A DNA stretch of 63,552 nt, counting the filler, from Octopus bimaculoides (taxonomy: Eukaryota), in NCBI RefSeq assembly GCF_001194135.2. It is 5 parts of 5 records of this genome, joined end to end, with 100 filler letters (N's around TTAATTAATTAA, not from the genome) between each part and the next. Parts side by side here need not be neighbours in the genome. Positions count along the whole stretch, not along the records: positions 1 to 15,134 come from NC_068991.1; positions 15,235 to 25,893 come from NC_068988.1; positions 25,994 to 43,060 come from NW_026409681.1; 2 more parts are not named here. The stretch is one strand, 5' to 3'. The position numbers and the translations under genes were made by a program. This document shows, piece after piece, positions 13,820 through 26,264 of the stretch. The notes beneath the pieces are model-generated. The model did not search any database, was not told where the DNA came from, and saw only the letters and a program-made list of their open reading frames with translations. The first letter of the stretch is position 1; the number at the start of each line of letters is the position of its first letter.

Positions 13820-14452
13820 TCAAAGCTTGACACAAGGTCAGCAAATTTGGGGGAGGCAGTAAGTTGATTACATCAACCCCACTGTTCAAATGGTACGTAT
13901 TTTATCGGTCCCGAAATGATGGAAAGAAAAATCAACCTCCGCTGAATTTGAACTCGGAACGTAAAGACGGACGAAACACCACTAGGTATTTTGTCCCGCG
14001 TGGTAGCAGTTTTGTCAGCACGTCGCCTTACTTATGTATAAAATGTTGGCTCATGGCCAGCAAGTTCGGGAGAGGCAGTAAGTCGATTACATAAGACCCA
14101 ATGTTCAACTGGAACTTATTTTACCAAAACCGAAAGGATAAAAAGCAAAATCAACCTCGACTGATTTTGAACTCAGAACGTAAAGACGGACGAAACACCG
14201 CTAAGAATTTTGTCCGGCACGATAACAGTTCTAATTTCTTTATAGCCCACAACGGGCTAAACATAGATTGAACAAACAAGGACAGACGAACGGATTAAAT
14301 CGACCCCAGTGCGTAACTGGTACTTAATTTATCCACCCCGAAAGGATGAACTGCAAAGTCGGCCTCGGCGGAATTTGAACTCAGAACATAACGACAGACG
14401 AAATACCGCTAAGCATTTCGCCCGGAGTGCTAACGATTCTGCCAGCTCGCCG
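13820..14452 (-). mobile_element. Three head-to-tail copies of tRNA-derived SINE family A (13820-14027, 14045-14232, 14235-14452)
   Basis: Reverse complement gives ggcgagctggcagaatcgttagc (A box) ... gagttcaaattccgccgagg (B box) ... tttcggggt..ataaattaagtaccag. Family labels A/B/C are mine. Confidence 0.85.
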
Positions 14453-15134
14453 TCTTAATATGTGTCTGACAATACTTAAAGAAATGCTCTGATCATTTTA
14501 TTAATATCTTTCCATTACAATTTAATTAAATCTCTTCTACAATGTATCTGGAATGCAAACATAATTTAATTAGTTTAAAGGCTCTCACTCCCTCATCAAC
14601 ACACCCACTTCTTTAAATAATATTTTTTTAAAATTCATATAACAGAACCCGTTCCTGCTGGGTTTTAGTCCAGTTTCTTTTGTTACTCTTGTGTTCAGAT
14701 TAATTCATTTCCTCTCAAAATGTATGCTATTTGGCTTCCTCATGTCCTAGTTTTATTTTACACTGTTAATTATATTGGCTTTCCCCTACTTGTAGCTTCC
14801 TTTCAATCCTCTGTTGTTGTTGCTGTACACTGTAATAAGATACATGCTTTACATTGTCGTTGTTCTTGTAGTTAAGGGATTCAGGCCTTGCTGGTATCAT
14901 GCCGTGTTTTATCATGTGACACGCGTATTATCAAGTAAAGTGTATCCACGCACTTTAGTAAATTAGACTTGTAAAATAATAACACGATTATGCAGAAGCG
15001 TGTCAAAAACGAGTAAGTATTTATTTAAATACAGATGTATGCATACACACACTCAAACACGTATTTATATACATTATATATCTATATCTATATATCCATA
15101 TATACATGAAGATATATATATATATATATATATA

Positions 15135-15234
15135 NNNNNNNNNNNNNNNNNNNNNNNNNNNNNNNNNNNNNNNNNNNNTTAATTAATTAANNNNNNNNNN
15201 NNNNNNNNNNNNNNNNNNNNNNNNNNNNNNNNNN
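15135..15234. other. Assembly gap spacer N44-TTAATTAATTAA-N44 (also at 25894-25993, 43061-43160, 62104-62203)
   Basis: Identical 100-bp layout four times. The 12-mer gives stops in all six frames. Confidence 0.97.
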
Positions 15235-15252
15235 TTATTATTATTATTACTA

Positions 15253-15283
<31 letters not shown>

Positions 15284-15297
15284 TATTATTATTATTA

Positions 15298-15343
<46 letters not shown>

Positions 15344-15344
15344 G
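15235..15344. repeat. (TTA)n microsatellite (tail/target of the adjacent R4-type LINE)
   Basis: Direct reading. Confidence 0.95.
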
Positions 15345-16830
15345 TTCAGTAGTTTTATTTTTATAACGTGCTTTCACTTCACTACCGAGCGCAGCTCTGT
15401 GCGCCTTGGGTATATGCTGTGGTTTGCTGTGGTGCTCTTATGTTTACTGTATTGAAAGTGTTTTGCGTAGAATGTGTGCAGTACCGAGTAGTGCAATTTT
15501 CTGTATGTTATATATATTTGTAACTCCTGGTGTTTTTGTTATACATTTGTCTGAATATTTTTTTATTATACCTAAGGCACCTACTATGATAGGAATTGTT
15601 TCTGTTTTTAGATTCCACATTCGAGTCATCTCTATTATTCCATTCCGTTAAAACATATATTATCTTATGTTTACCCTTGATGACACTATCTCATTGGAGG
15701 GGTATCATCCGATACTATGGTCACTTTGTCATTCGCTGAGAACATTTCGGGTGAATGTTTATATAAGTCCTATTCTCTCGACATTTCATAAGGTTGATAT
15801 AATTTCCAATGCATGAAATTTACAACTTCGTCAGGCTTGTAAATGTGTTTAGAAGAGGCATGGGTGGCTACGAATTAACAAACGAAGTTGTATGCTTGAT
15901 TATTTCTTTCCCATCTTCACACTTTTGCAATTACTTAATGTATTTTATTTTATTGCATGAATATCATGATTTCTTCGGGGAAGTATTCGTAGCTGTACTG
16001 CAACAGAAAATACTGTGAACTCCTATCCTTCTCTTGCAACACTACGAGATGTTTTTGTCAATTTGTTTCTGAAATGTTTTCATGTATTGTCCTATAAATG
16101 TTTTCTTGCCATCGTTTTAGCATTCAGTTTTTGGCCGCTTCACAATATGTTCTTTTGTTTCTTCTTTCTCCTCACAACTGACTGTTTTGTTTTGTTTTTA
16201 TTTGTTAGCTTCCTGGAATACCGAGATATAGTATTAGTACTTTGTCGTTTGATTAAGATTATATTATTCATTATTGGGGATTTTGTGTTTCTAAAATGGA
16301 ACGTTTTCTGTAATTATTTGATGGCATAAGGCATCTGCTTTATAATGGGGAAACATCTTTCTTTGATTTAGCTAGTATATTCGTAGTGTTTCTTATTTTT
16401 TTGTATACCAAATTCATTTAGTGTTTAAATCGGACTATTATAAATATAAATTATTGCCGGAACAACTGTAATACTAATGCACATGTAATACAAAGAACAA
16501 TGTAATACATTGTTCTTTGTATTTTACTTTGTTTTAAATAGTACTAATTTATTTATAATAGTTCTTACTAGATGTAACTCTAATATACGTGTCATGCACT
16601 TCGTCTATAGTTCACGGATTTCTTAGTATTTTTATATCAAATATTCTGGTTTCTTCTTTTTCTCTATGGGCTATAATATATTAGTTCTCCATGACAAAAT
16701 GAAGTGACAAGCCTCTACATGTTAAAATATCTATCAAACATATTTCAAGTGTTCTTAAGTTTGTAAGCACCCCTTCAATACTTCGCACATTTAATCACGT
16801 ATTTCTTCTGGTATGACATTCTCTACGCGC
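15345..16830 (-). mobile_element. R4/Dong-type LINE 3' portion (zinc knuckle, RLE, 3' UTR) ending in a long (TAA)n tail
   Basis: Clean 3' end MWNLKTETIPIIVGALGIIKKYSDK...IQKIALLGTAHILRKTLSIQ*. Degraded upstream motifs (LPRRN, C..CEDGKEIIKH, MHWKLYQ, HSPEM..NDKVTI) occur in the expected order. Confidence 0.8.
16487..16523. repeat. Perfect 18-bp inverted repeat with 1-nt spacer
   Basis: aatacaaagaacaatgta-a-tacattgttctttgtatt. Confidence 0.95.
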
Positions 16831-18236
16831 AATCAGTAAATAACTTTCACTTAAGATAAAGGAACATTTGCTTCGTTTTCAGCACAAAATATTTTTTTTA
16901 TTAGTATGTTGGGTTGAGAAAACAAACAAGTTCGAAATGCATCCATCAATCCAATAGACACCGCTCGGAGCAGACTATGTCGCTTTTACACTTTATCTCA
17001 AGCGAGAATCCTTTCCTCATAGCAAGATACATTGAACAACGTTTACAGGTTCAAAAACCTGTCAAGAATATTTGCGCTAGCCTTACGTTTGTACACTTTC
17101 CTTAACAGTTTCACAATCTCCTTACATACATTTGTGTGACTGTAATTTTTATCATTTAGCTGTTAAAATTCACAATGCGAGACTTTTCGGAGTTTGAATT
17201 ACATGCATAATTTTGTGAGTCTATCACTCGATTAACCACAACCACAAGGCTGTTAAGTATATTTAGTGGAGTCCACACTGTTGGATGCGTGCAGTTCCAT
17301 GCCTCCCACTTGTAGATAACTTACGCTATTTTTTCTAACAACCTCAGCTCTTGAAATAATTATGTTCCCTGCCCTTCTTTCTCTGATCACGTGATACATT
17401 AAAATACACCTACTTTATAATCACTGTTCACAATTATCTCTTTGGTATTTCGGTCGTACACAACAGCTGTCTGAAATATCCTCGTTACATATACTTTTTC
17501 CGAGATATCCATATCAAAATGTTTGAATGTGCATCAACTTGCATCGATCAACACAACTTGAATTAAGGAGAACTAGCAAATAAATGTCTATAATCATTTT
17601 TAAATATTAATTTGACATTTTTACCCCATAGATATGTATTTTGATTTTCAGTAATAAAGTGCGTATGTGGAAAGTGTTACACACTTTCCTTACATGGTAT
17701 CAAGTAATTATGATCATGACTTGCAGAAAATGTATTGATACACTCAAATATTAATAGGGAGTATTAAAGTATGAAGTGAACTTTCGTAGGAACCAGGAAG
17801 TAGCCATTCTTATGAAAAATAGGTGAGATAGGGAATGATGGAAACAGGTTGTATCGTGACAGCCATATCTATGATCAGCCTTACTGGGATCTACAGATAA
17901 GATGTTTGGTCTAAATTATCGAATCAAAGAATGAGTGGAAACATTAAAGGAGATTGAATGAATTACCTTTGGGAGAGTTGAATTACATTAAGCTAATAAT
18001 AGGTGCATCATGGAAGGAAAAGTGACATCTTCAATGAAATAGCGATGCAAGTAAAGTGATAGGGGATTGCTGTCTCCAATGTTAGATGAAATAATTCAAG
18101 TGTAAGAGGCGAATAAGTGTAAGGAGGGAAAAGGATGATAGATGACGAAAGTAGATCTGAAGGGATAAATTATATGTATGTACTTATTTATCGCCCTCTC
18201 TTTCTTTCTGTGTGTGTGTATACACACACACAAACA

Positions 18237-18292
<56 letters not shown>

Positions 18293-18852
18293 AATATATA
18301 TATATATATANNNNNNNNNNNNNNNNNNNNNNNNNNNNNNNNNNNNNNNNNNNNNNNNNNNNNNNNNNNNNNNNNNNNNNNNNNNNNNNNNNNNNNNNNN
18401 NNNNNNNNNNNNNNNNNNNNNNNNNNNNNNNNNNNNNNNNNNNNNNNNNNNNNNNNNNNNNNNNNNNNNNNNNNNNNNNNNNNNNNNNNNNNNNNNNNNN
18501 NNNNNNNNNNNNNNNNNNNNNNNNNNNNNNNNNNNNNNNNNNNNNNNNNNNNNNNNNNNNNNNNNNNNNNNNNNNNNNNNNNNNNNNNNNNNNNNNNNNN
18601 NNNNNNNNNNNNNNNNNNNNNNNNNNNNNNNNNNNNNNNNNNNNNNNNNNNNNNNNNNNNNNNNNNNNNNNNNNNNNNNNNNNNNNNNNNNNNNNNNNNN
18701 NNNNNNNNNNNNNNNNNNNNNNNNNNNNNNNNNNNNNNNNNNNNNNNNNNNNNNNNNNNNNNNNNNNNNNNNNNNNNNNNNNNNNNNNNNNNNNNNNNNN
18801 NNNNNNNNNNNNNNNNNNNNNNNNNNNNNNNNNNNNNACATATATATACATG

Positions 18853-18884
<32 letters not shown>

Positions 18885-19343
18885 TCGTTCAACTTTGTAT
18901 AACTGTACAAAACACAAAAGACAGAGACGGGAAGGAACAACGAACAAGGTGTATTAGTTTCATGCGTAGCAAAAATGAAAGAAGTCTTTCATGTTTCTTT
19001 CGAACCTACTCTCTTCTACAGAAACGAATCAAGAATGAAAACAACGAATGGTGTGACGTATAATGGCGTATAATGATTTTATGTCAAGAGTGAACAAAAC
19101 TGTGTAGGAGCCTGGAAGAAAGGAGAAAGAAATGAAAAGACGAATAACATGATTGGCGTTATGAATGTGTAGAGGAGGAAGGAAGCCACTATGGGTGCGC
19201 GGACAAAACAGAGTGAGGAAACAAATGTGTCTGGATTAACGGTTACATATCTAGAAGAGAATGGAAAGATGTAGGTGAGTATAAAGGGAGATAACAGTAG
19301 CCTTGCTAATGTATGTGTCAAAATGAGGATGCATGCGAGTGTG

Positions 19344-20373
19344 CAGCCTTGGCTAAAAGTATTAAGCCACCTCAATGTTTTGTGGTTCAGCTATTTCAAT
19401 GTTATTGAAACTCATGTACATGGTAGATTATGGTATATTTGACAATATACATTAGTTTTAATATCTGGTTGACCTTCCTTTAGCATCAGTTACCGCTTTT
19501 ATACAGTTAGGTATTGAATCAACTAGTTTTTTGCAGGTGCTAGGTGCAATTTTAATTCATTCTTCGACATTTGGTACACATACTCTTTATTTTTAATTGT
19601 TATGTTCCTGATAGCTTCACCAAATGTTCCCTATAGCTATTCGATCAGATTTAGATCGGGACTTTGAGCTGACCAGTCCATGGGAATAATACCCTATGTC
19701 TCAAACCATTGACGAGCAATGTTTGCTGTATGACATGCAGCGTTGTCCTGTTGAAAGATAATATTGTTTTTCGACACTCCTACATGCGATTTAGCAATTG
19801 ACATCTGATAACATAGAGGCATAGGTAGCTGAATTCATCTTACCCTGATATAAAAGCATTTCTCCAGGTCCTGTGGCAGACATGTAGGTCCACACTATGA
19901 TAGAACTACCCCCATGTTTTACGGTTGGTACCAGACATTCAGCCTTAAATGTTTTCCCAACTCTGCGACGCATGAAAGTTGCACCGAATGTGTTCAGAAA
20001 AACTGAGTAAAGACATGAAAAATAATATTAGCTTTATGTTGGATACTTTTTTCATATATTTTGGACAACAAACCAGTTGCATTAAGTTTATATGTTAATT
20101 GAATACATGCACTATCTTCATGATGGGCTACGATTTGACCTCGTTCATACTTACTCAACTGCCTTGTTTTAGGCATTTTACCGTTAACTGTATCTACAAC
20201 GTATTTTAGCGCAAAACTCTGAAATAATCAAGGAAACGTAAGTTAATTTTGGACGTTGCTCTTATTCGTAATTGGTTGCATATGTACAGTACAGTATAAA
20301 AGCGGTAACTGATGCTAAAGGAGGGTTAACCAGATATTAAAGCCAATGTATGTTTTTAAATATACCATAATCT
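19344..20373 (-). mobile_element. Internally deleted Tc1-family DNA transposon with long inverted repeats
   Basis: Minus strand from 20176: MPKTRQLSKYERGQIVAHHE, deletion, RRRVG...PTVKHGGSSIIVW...GKMNSATY, then frameshifted FQQDNAACH...SPDLNLIE (DD34E), stop about 19458. Inverted repeat 19425-19506 pairs with 20292-20373. Confidence 0.9.
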
Positions 20374-20379
20374 GTTATG

Positions 20380-20520
20380 TTGTTTCATATTTTTAATGCT
20401 TTCTGATATAGTCACAAGGCTATTGATTTTGAGGAGAAGCAATTAGTCGTTTCCATCGACTCGAGTATTTAACTGGTAATTGACTATACCGACCCCGAAA
20501 AGATAAGATATAAGGCAAAG
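20380..20520 (-). mobile_element. SINE family A 3' fragment, near-duplicate of 23330-23470
   Basis: Shares private variants (tttccatcgactc, gactataccgaccccgaaaagataagat) with the 23.3 kb copy. Confidence 0.7.
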
Positions 20521-20769
20521 ATAGATAGATAGATAGACAGACAGACAAACAGAAAGAGAGAGAGAGAGAGAGATTCTTTTCTGAATTCTTGCTACAATCA
20601 AATATTATTATTACGACATTGCTATCTCAATTTAATTAGATTTTAGCAACATTTAAAATATGATCCTGGATTTCCTTAAAAAACAGTCTAGGTTTAAATC
20701 TCTTTGATCATTAGTTTTGGCGATCAGAGATGACTTGGGTTAAATAACAATAGATATTATTGATGAAGA

Positions 20770-20960
20770 GAGGCGAACTGGCAGATGCGTTAGCACACCG
20801 GGCAAAACTGCTCAACGGCATTTTGTCTTGACGTTCCGTGTTCAAATTCTACTGAGGTCGACTTTTCTTTTCAGGGTCAATAAGTACCAGCTAAACCCTA
20901 CAGTCCATTTAATCGAACATCCCCCAAAATTGCTGGCTTTGAGCCAAAATTTGAAACCAT
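20770..20960 (+). mobile_element. SINE family A
   Basis: ggcgaactggcagatgcgttagc...gttcaaattctactgaggtcgac. Confidence 0.8.
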
Positions 20961-21064
20961 TTTGCACTGTTTGTGTATATTTTATTGTTTTCGTATTGAT
21001 GTTAAGTGAAATATATTTTGATTTGGATCGATGTATTTTGGTATTACGTGTTAGAATGCACTCG

Positions 21065-21285
21065 ATCCATTAATAATCCTTTCTGCTATAGGTACGCGGC
21101 CTGCATTATGTGGGGAGGGAGACAGTCGATCATTCGACCTCATTACTCAACTGGCACTTATCGATCCCGAAAGGATGAAAGGCAAAGTTGAGCTCGGCGG
21201 AATTTGAGCTCAGAATGTAGAGACGGGCGAAATACCGTTTAGCATTTTGCCCAGAGTGCTAACGATTCTACCAGCTCCCCACCTT
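21065..21285 (-). mobile_element. SINE family A
   Basis: Reverse-complement match to the family A head, body and ATT tail. Confidence 0.85.
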
Positions 21286-21760
21286 GCACTCGATTCTTTA
21301 ATAATGACATTACTGCAAATGTGATCAGTGAAGAAACCTATAAGTATGATATCCTTCCCGAAGTTAATATTTGGTTAAATAATAACCACCATTACATTAC
21401 TCCATACCATTAACCAGTGTCGGTGATATCGTAGTGAGGAAGCCAACATTTTCCTCAATTGAGAATATACAAATTATTAATTCACAATATAACATTGTTC
21501 TACACTTTCGCGTAGCAGTAAACTTGTAATTTCAAAATATTATATTTAGAGTAGTCTATGTGAAAACACGATGTCAGGTGGTTAAGGTATTGAGTTCCTG
21601 ATTATTAAGTTGTAGTTTCAATTCCCAACAGGACGGTGATTTTGCCCTTGTGCAAAGTATCTCATTTCCCTTGCTTCAGTCCACTCAGAAAAAGTCTTAC
21701 TTACATCTTACTACAGGTATACAACACACACACACTCTCTCTCTCTCTCATTATCTCTCT

Positions 21761-21810
<50 letters not shown>

Positions 21811-22454
21811 TTTCTCCAGTACTCTCCAGTTGTCACATACTGAACTTTCTCATGTTTGAAAGAGTTTCAGTGTGTACTTATGACTATAATGTCACGTAAA
21901 GCAAGTAATGAGAGAATGGTACATTATTATCAAATTAAACTCGCTAGTGTGATTATGGTGTTTTTAATATTTAATGCTTTTCCAGCAAAAAGGGACTGTA
22001 AGTATTAAAATGAGACAGCATAAAACAAAACTGGAAACCAGCTTACATATATTTAGAAATACATAAACCAGGTAGACACCTACCTTATATAACAATGAGC
22101 ACAGATAAGGCAGTATGATTAAAAAGTAAGCTTTACAAATCTAGTGTCCAATCCTTCATTGTGGCACATTACGAAAGAAGATCCCATTGTTGCTTTGTGC
22201 CAACGAAAGCCTTCTTGGTGTTGGCTACATTTAATACTGTCCATATTCTAGTAAGAATCTAAGACCGAATTTCCAATTTTGAGATAATTTTATCCACCAC
22301 CACAAATTTTAGAAGTTTTGACAAAGATTTTGCTTGCTACCATTCCTCCGCCAGATAAACTATAAAAATAAAACCAGACGTCAGCACAATATATTTGATA
22401 TCATTGAAATGAAATTTCATACACCTTTATTTTTGTTTCTCTTAATTTTTGATT

Positions 22455-22636
22455 CTTTCAGTCATTAGACTGCGGCCCTGCTGGGGCACCCCCTTGGCGA
22501 ATTTTTTGTAGAATGCATCGATTCCAGTAATATTTGTAAAAGTGATACTTATTCTATCGGTCTCTTTTGTCCGCTAATTTGCGGGACACCAGCACCGGCT
22601 GTCAAATGGTGGTGTGGGGACAAATACATAGACAAA

Positions 22637-22680
<44 letters not shown>
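22455..22680 (-). mobile_element. SINE family B 3' half
   Basis: ttcagtcattagactgcggcc.tgctggggcacc...tattctatcggtctcttt...(CA)n. Confidence 0.75.
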
Positions 22681-22681
<1 letters not shown>

Positions 22682-23329
22682 ATAATATGTATATTTTTAC
22701 CACATTTTTCTGTTGAGATCAGTTAAAAAATGTTCAATATTTATTAGAAATAACATTTTTTTAATGTAGATTTGGTTCTAAAAGAAAAGATTCTCTCTAG
22801 TAATATTGCATCTGAAGAAAAGTCACTGAATAAAACGATTGAAACTTTTTTATGAATTACGGATAATCTGCAATATTAAGCTCTTTTATAAATGCAGATA
22901 ATACATTTTAAGGGAAGTATGATTTAAATCCTTATACTTTATTCAGTATATACAAACGTAAACTTACATTGCATATATAAATTACATACATCAATAGGAT
23001 TTCCTTTTCTAACAAGAACTAATCATCAAAGATTTGTTCATCTTTCTCTTGCCTTATACCTGCTGTGTTCATGAAATAATGATTGCTAAATAGTCACGAA
23101 ATACTAGTTGAAATATAGAATGCTCTGCAACGAAAGCCACATTAGGCCTGTAGCAAGTCACAGACTTACAAACCATTGGGTTTCGAGACATGAACTTATA
23201 TATCTAATTATCGTACATCTCCACTCCAAAAGAGAGATGAATTAAGTACAGAGAAGACTTCGACAGGATTTAAACTTACAGTGTGACAAAGGTTAAAAAA
23301 AAAGATCATTAAAAATAAGAAATAGTTGT

Positions 23330-23520
23330 TTCTTATTTTTAATGCTTTCTGATTTAGGCACAAGGCTATTGATTTTGAGGAGAAGGAATTAGTCGTTTCC
23401 ATCGACTCCAGTATTTTACTGGTAATTGACTATACCGACCCCGAAAAGATAAGATGTAAGGCAAAGTTTAACCTGGCGATATTTGAAGATACATCGTAAA
23501 GCGCCGTATGAAATAACGCA
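23330..23520 (-). mobile_element. SINE family A, degraded
   Basis: Near-duplicate of 20380-20520 that extends further toward the head. Confidence 0.7.
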
Positions 23521-23739
23521 AAGCATTAGTCACCAAGATTCACACAAACGAAGGATATTAAAAAGACAACATTACAGAAAAATAGATAGGTATGTTACGT
23601 GTAAATAGAAGGTAGAACAAAGTTAGTAGCAATAAAATGTTAATAGAGAAATGTCCCAGTAAGCGATAGGTTTTACAGGGTTACTCATTGAAAACCAAGT
23701 AAAAACATGCTCTGATTGCAAATGCAGGTGTTCTCTTTC

Positions 23740-25500
23740 AGTTCTGCTCTATCAATGTTCAGAGGCGTGTTTGGATCAGGCTTGTTAACTCGGGCAATCC
23801 ACCTTTCAAAACCTTTGCTGGAAGGCAGCACTTTCCTCGCCACACTTTTCTCTTTTTAACTTGAAAATTAAATGTTAAGACAAAATAAAAATGTCTGTAT
23901 TCAGCCCTTTCAATATCATCCAGCACAATCTCTTTCGCCAAAACCACCAGACAAATAAAGACCACTACCTCTACAGGCTGAAGAAAGGCGATGGGACGGA
24001 TCTTCACAATGGACTCAGCTGATAACCAGGTCCATCCTACACATGACAGCAGTTGTTCGACACATCGCTGTAACTCAGCCACGCTCGGGAATTAGACGAG
24101 TGCATACAGAACGATTTCATCGCTACGCGCACTTGGATACGCTGGACGAACAACACTTACGTACCTGTAGAGTTTACTGCGAATCGGTAGTGCCCCCCCC
24201 CCGCCAGTAGCATTTCCAGGCCAGGGAAATCCGAAAATTATCTATAGGTATAGTTTCGAAGTCCTCCAGACTAACTGGTAGGTTTTCATGAACTTCACGA
24301 ATTCTTTGAGTACATCGTTAAATTACACCACCACTAAACCCCTATAGGACGCCAATGTGGAATTCCTACCGACTGCAGTTGCTCAACTGGTTGAGATCTG
24401 TGAGTGCTTGAAACGTTACAAATGCCAGACTCTTCATATTGATTTCTGCTTGACTCAGGACTGCAGTTCTGTCAACGAAACGAGCTGGGAGAAAAATGTA
24501 TCTGTAAAACAGAGCCCAAATCTTCGCACCTCCAAGGAATTCAAGAAATCGCTTGAGATGTGGTAACCTCGGCACATTTCTACACATCATTTGTTACGGC
24601 ATGCTCAGACCTCTAATTAGAGGAGTGACAGTAGAGGGACCATCTGGCTAACAGCTTACACTTTACACAATTTTCAGAAGAAAACACTCCACACTGATCA
24701 AACGCTCATTTTGGGGTGAGACTGGGTCACCTGATTGTCACCTCGTCCCCGTTACAATTGCCCGCTTGGAGATCTGGATCAAACTATACACCAAACAGTA
24801 TAAGCGGTCCGTCTGTCCGGCACAGATTAACATCATAGGATAATAGCACCAGACGGCAGGAACCTGCCAGTTCTAGTATTCAGCAGTAGAATCTCTGATT
24901 CTCTTGGTTTAATTTCGGTTTCTACTACCATCTTTTATTGACTTACAACGGTATTGATCATCACGCCATGTTTCATGTCCGACACGATCACCCTGACGTC
25001 ATCTGCACATATCGGTACAAACCTTTCACGTCCTGGTTCGCGCTAAATACCCTCATTATATCCAGTTTACGCAGTTCTATCTCTTGTATCAGTACATACA
25101 GAAAATACAAGGCACAACATCCATTGAGCATAGGAACAGCTGCTAAGTATTGGTAGCCAACATTATCAAGGTTTTCAGTTGATTCTAGGTTTCTTAGTTA
25201 CTCCTCTATGATGTATCGCATGAAGTGAATAGATTTGTTTGTAATGGCACGTGTTTCTGCCTCCTCAATGAGACAACTGGTGAAAAGCGCTAGTCACTTC
25301 GCTAAAACCTTGGCCAAATTCTTGAAATCCACGTTTAGTAGAGTTGTAAGTAAAGATGATCAATGTAGTCCCACTTGGTTGGGTGTTTTCTCTCCGCATT
25401 GCTACTTGTCCTCAGATCTCAGAAATGGGGTATCTCTCATCCTGCTATTGTTTGTGATAGACATATACCAAGAACCTGCAAACAAGGCTACTATATAATC
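23740..25500 (-). mobile_element. Older, heavily degraded Tx1/L1-clade ORF2 fragment of the same family as 4385-5740
   Basis: Minus-strand pieces: TLLNVDFKNLAKVLAK, LYVLIQE...ICADDVRVIVS, TDGPLILFGV*FDPDLQ, SLAWKCY, ELQRCVEQLLSCVG...FICLVVLAKE. These align in order with the 4385-5740 translation. Confidence 0.8.
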
Positions 25501-25679
25501 ATAAAGTTGTAGGGTTGATATTAAAACCAGGCGATATGCTCTTGGTGCAACTAGACCTTACTTCCTGTATTTTCGTGGGTGCTGTTAGTGCCTCATTGTT
25601 CAAAAATAAAAACCATGTGCCACCCATTTTCATCTTATTAGTATGATGCTTTTTCTTTTATTCTTTCACAAGTTTAAGA

Positions 25680-25857
25680 CATTTGCTGGAGCACCGCCTT
25701 TAGTCGAGCAAATCGACCCCAAGACTTATTCTTTTTAAGTCTAGTACTTATTCTATCGGAATCGTTGCCGAATCGCTAAGTTACGGGGACGTAAACACGC
25801 CAACATCGGTTGTAAAGCAATGGTGGGGACAAAAAACATCCAAATACACACGCACAC

Positions 25858-25893
<36 letters not shown>
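25680..25893 (-). mobile_element. SINE family B 3' half
   Basis: gctggagcaccgcctttagtcgagcaaatcgacccc...ctaagttacggggacgtaaacac. Confidence 0.85.
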
Positions 25894-26144
25894 NNNNNNN
25901 NNNNNNNNNNNNNNNNNNNNNNNNNNNNNNNNNNNNNTTAATTAATTAANNNNNNNNNNNNNNNNNNNNNNNNNNNNNNNNNNNNNNNNNNNNTTTATGA
26001 CTTCTGTTCATGGCCATCAGTTACGATTACTGTTTCACGTCCACAGTTTATGACTTGTCATTTACAACTTCTATTTATGACTCCTTTACACTTGTGCTTT
26101 ATTGCTGTTATTCACGACGGTTCTCTTCTGTTCCATTTCCGCAG

Positions 26145-26202
26145 CTTGAAGAATTAAAGGAAAGTGAAGCAAGGAAACAAAAAATGCAAGAAACAATCAA
26201 TG
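26145..26202 (+). CDS. Putative internal coding exon (58 nt, phase 0 to 1) of an unidentified coiled-coil-like protein: LEELKESEARKQKMQETIN
   Basis: Polypyrimidine acceptor ttctcttctgttccatttccgcag, donor G|gtatgt and an open frame. Joins the next exon in frame (G+AC = Asp). Confidence 0.7.
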
Positions 26203-26264
26203 GTATGTACCAATTCCATATCAGTAGTATGGTATGAAGTTTGCTTCCCCAAGAGCACAATTAT

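Noticed and set aside
15179-15190. TTAATTAATTAA motif occurring four times
   Set aside because: Always centred in N44-12-N44, so it is an assembler gap spacer and not biology.
19021-19050. Possible micro-exon after ctcttctacag
   Set aside because: Weak donor, and the acceptor-like text is better explained as the reverse of a hammerhead-like repeat terminus.
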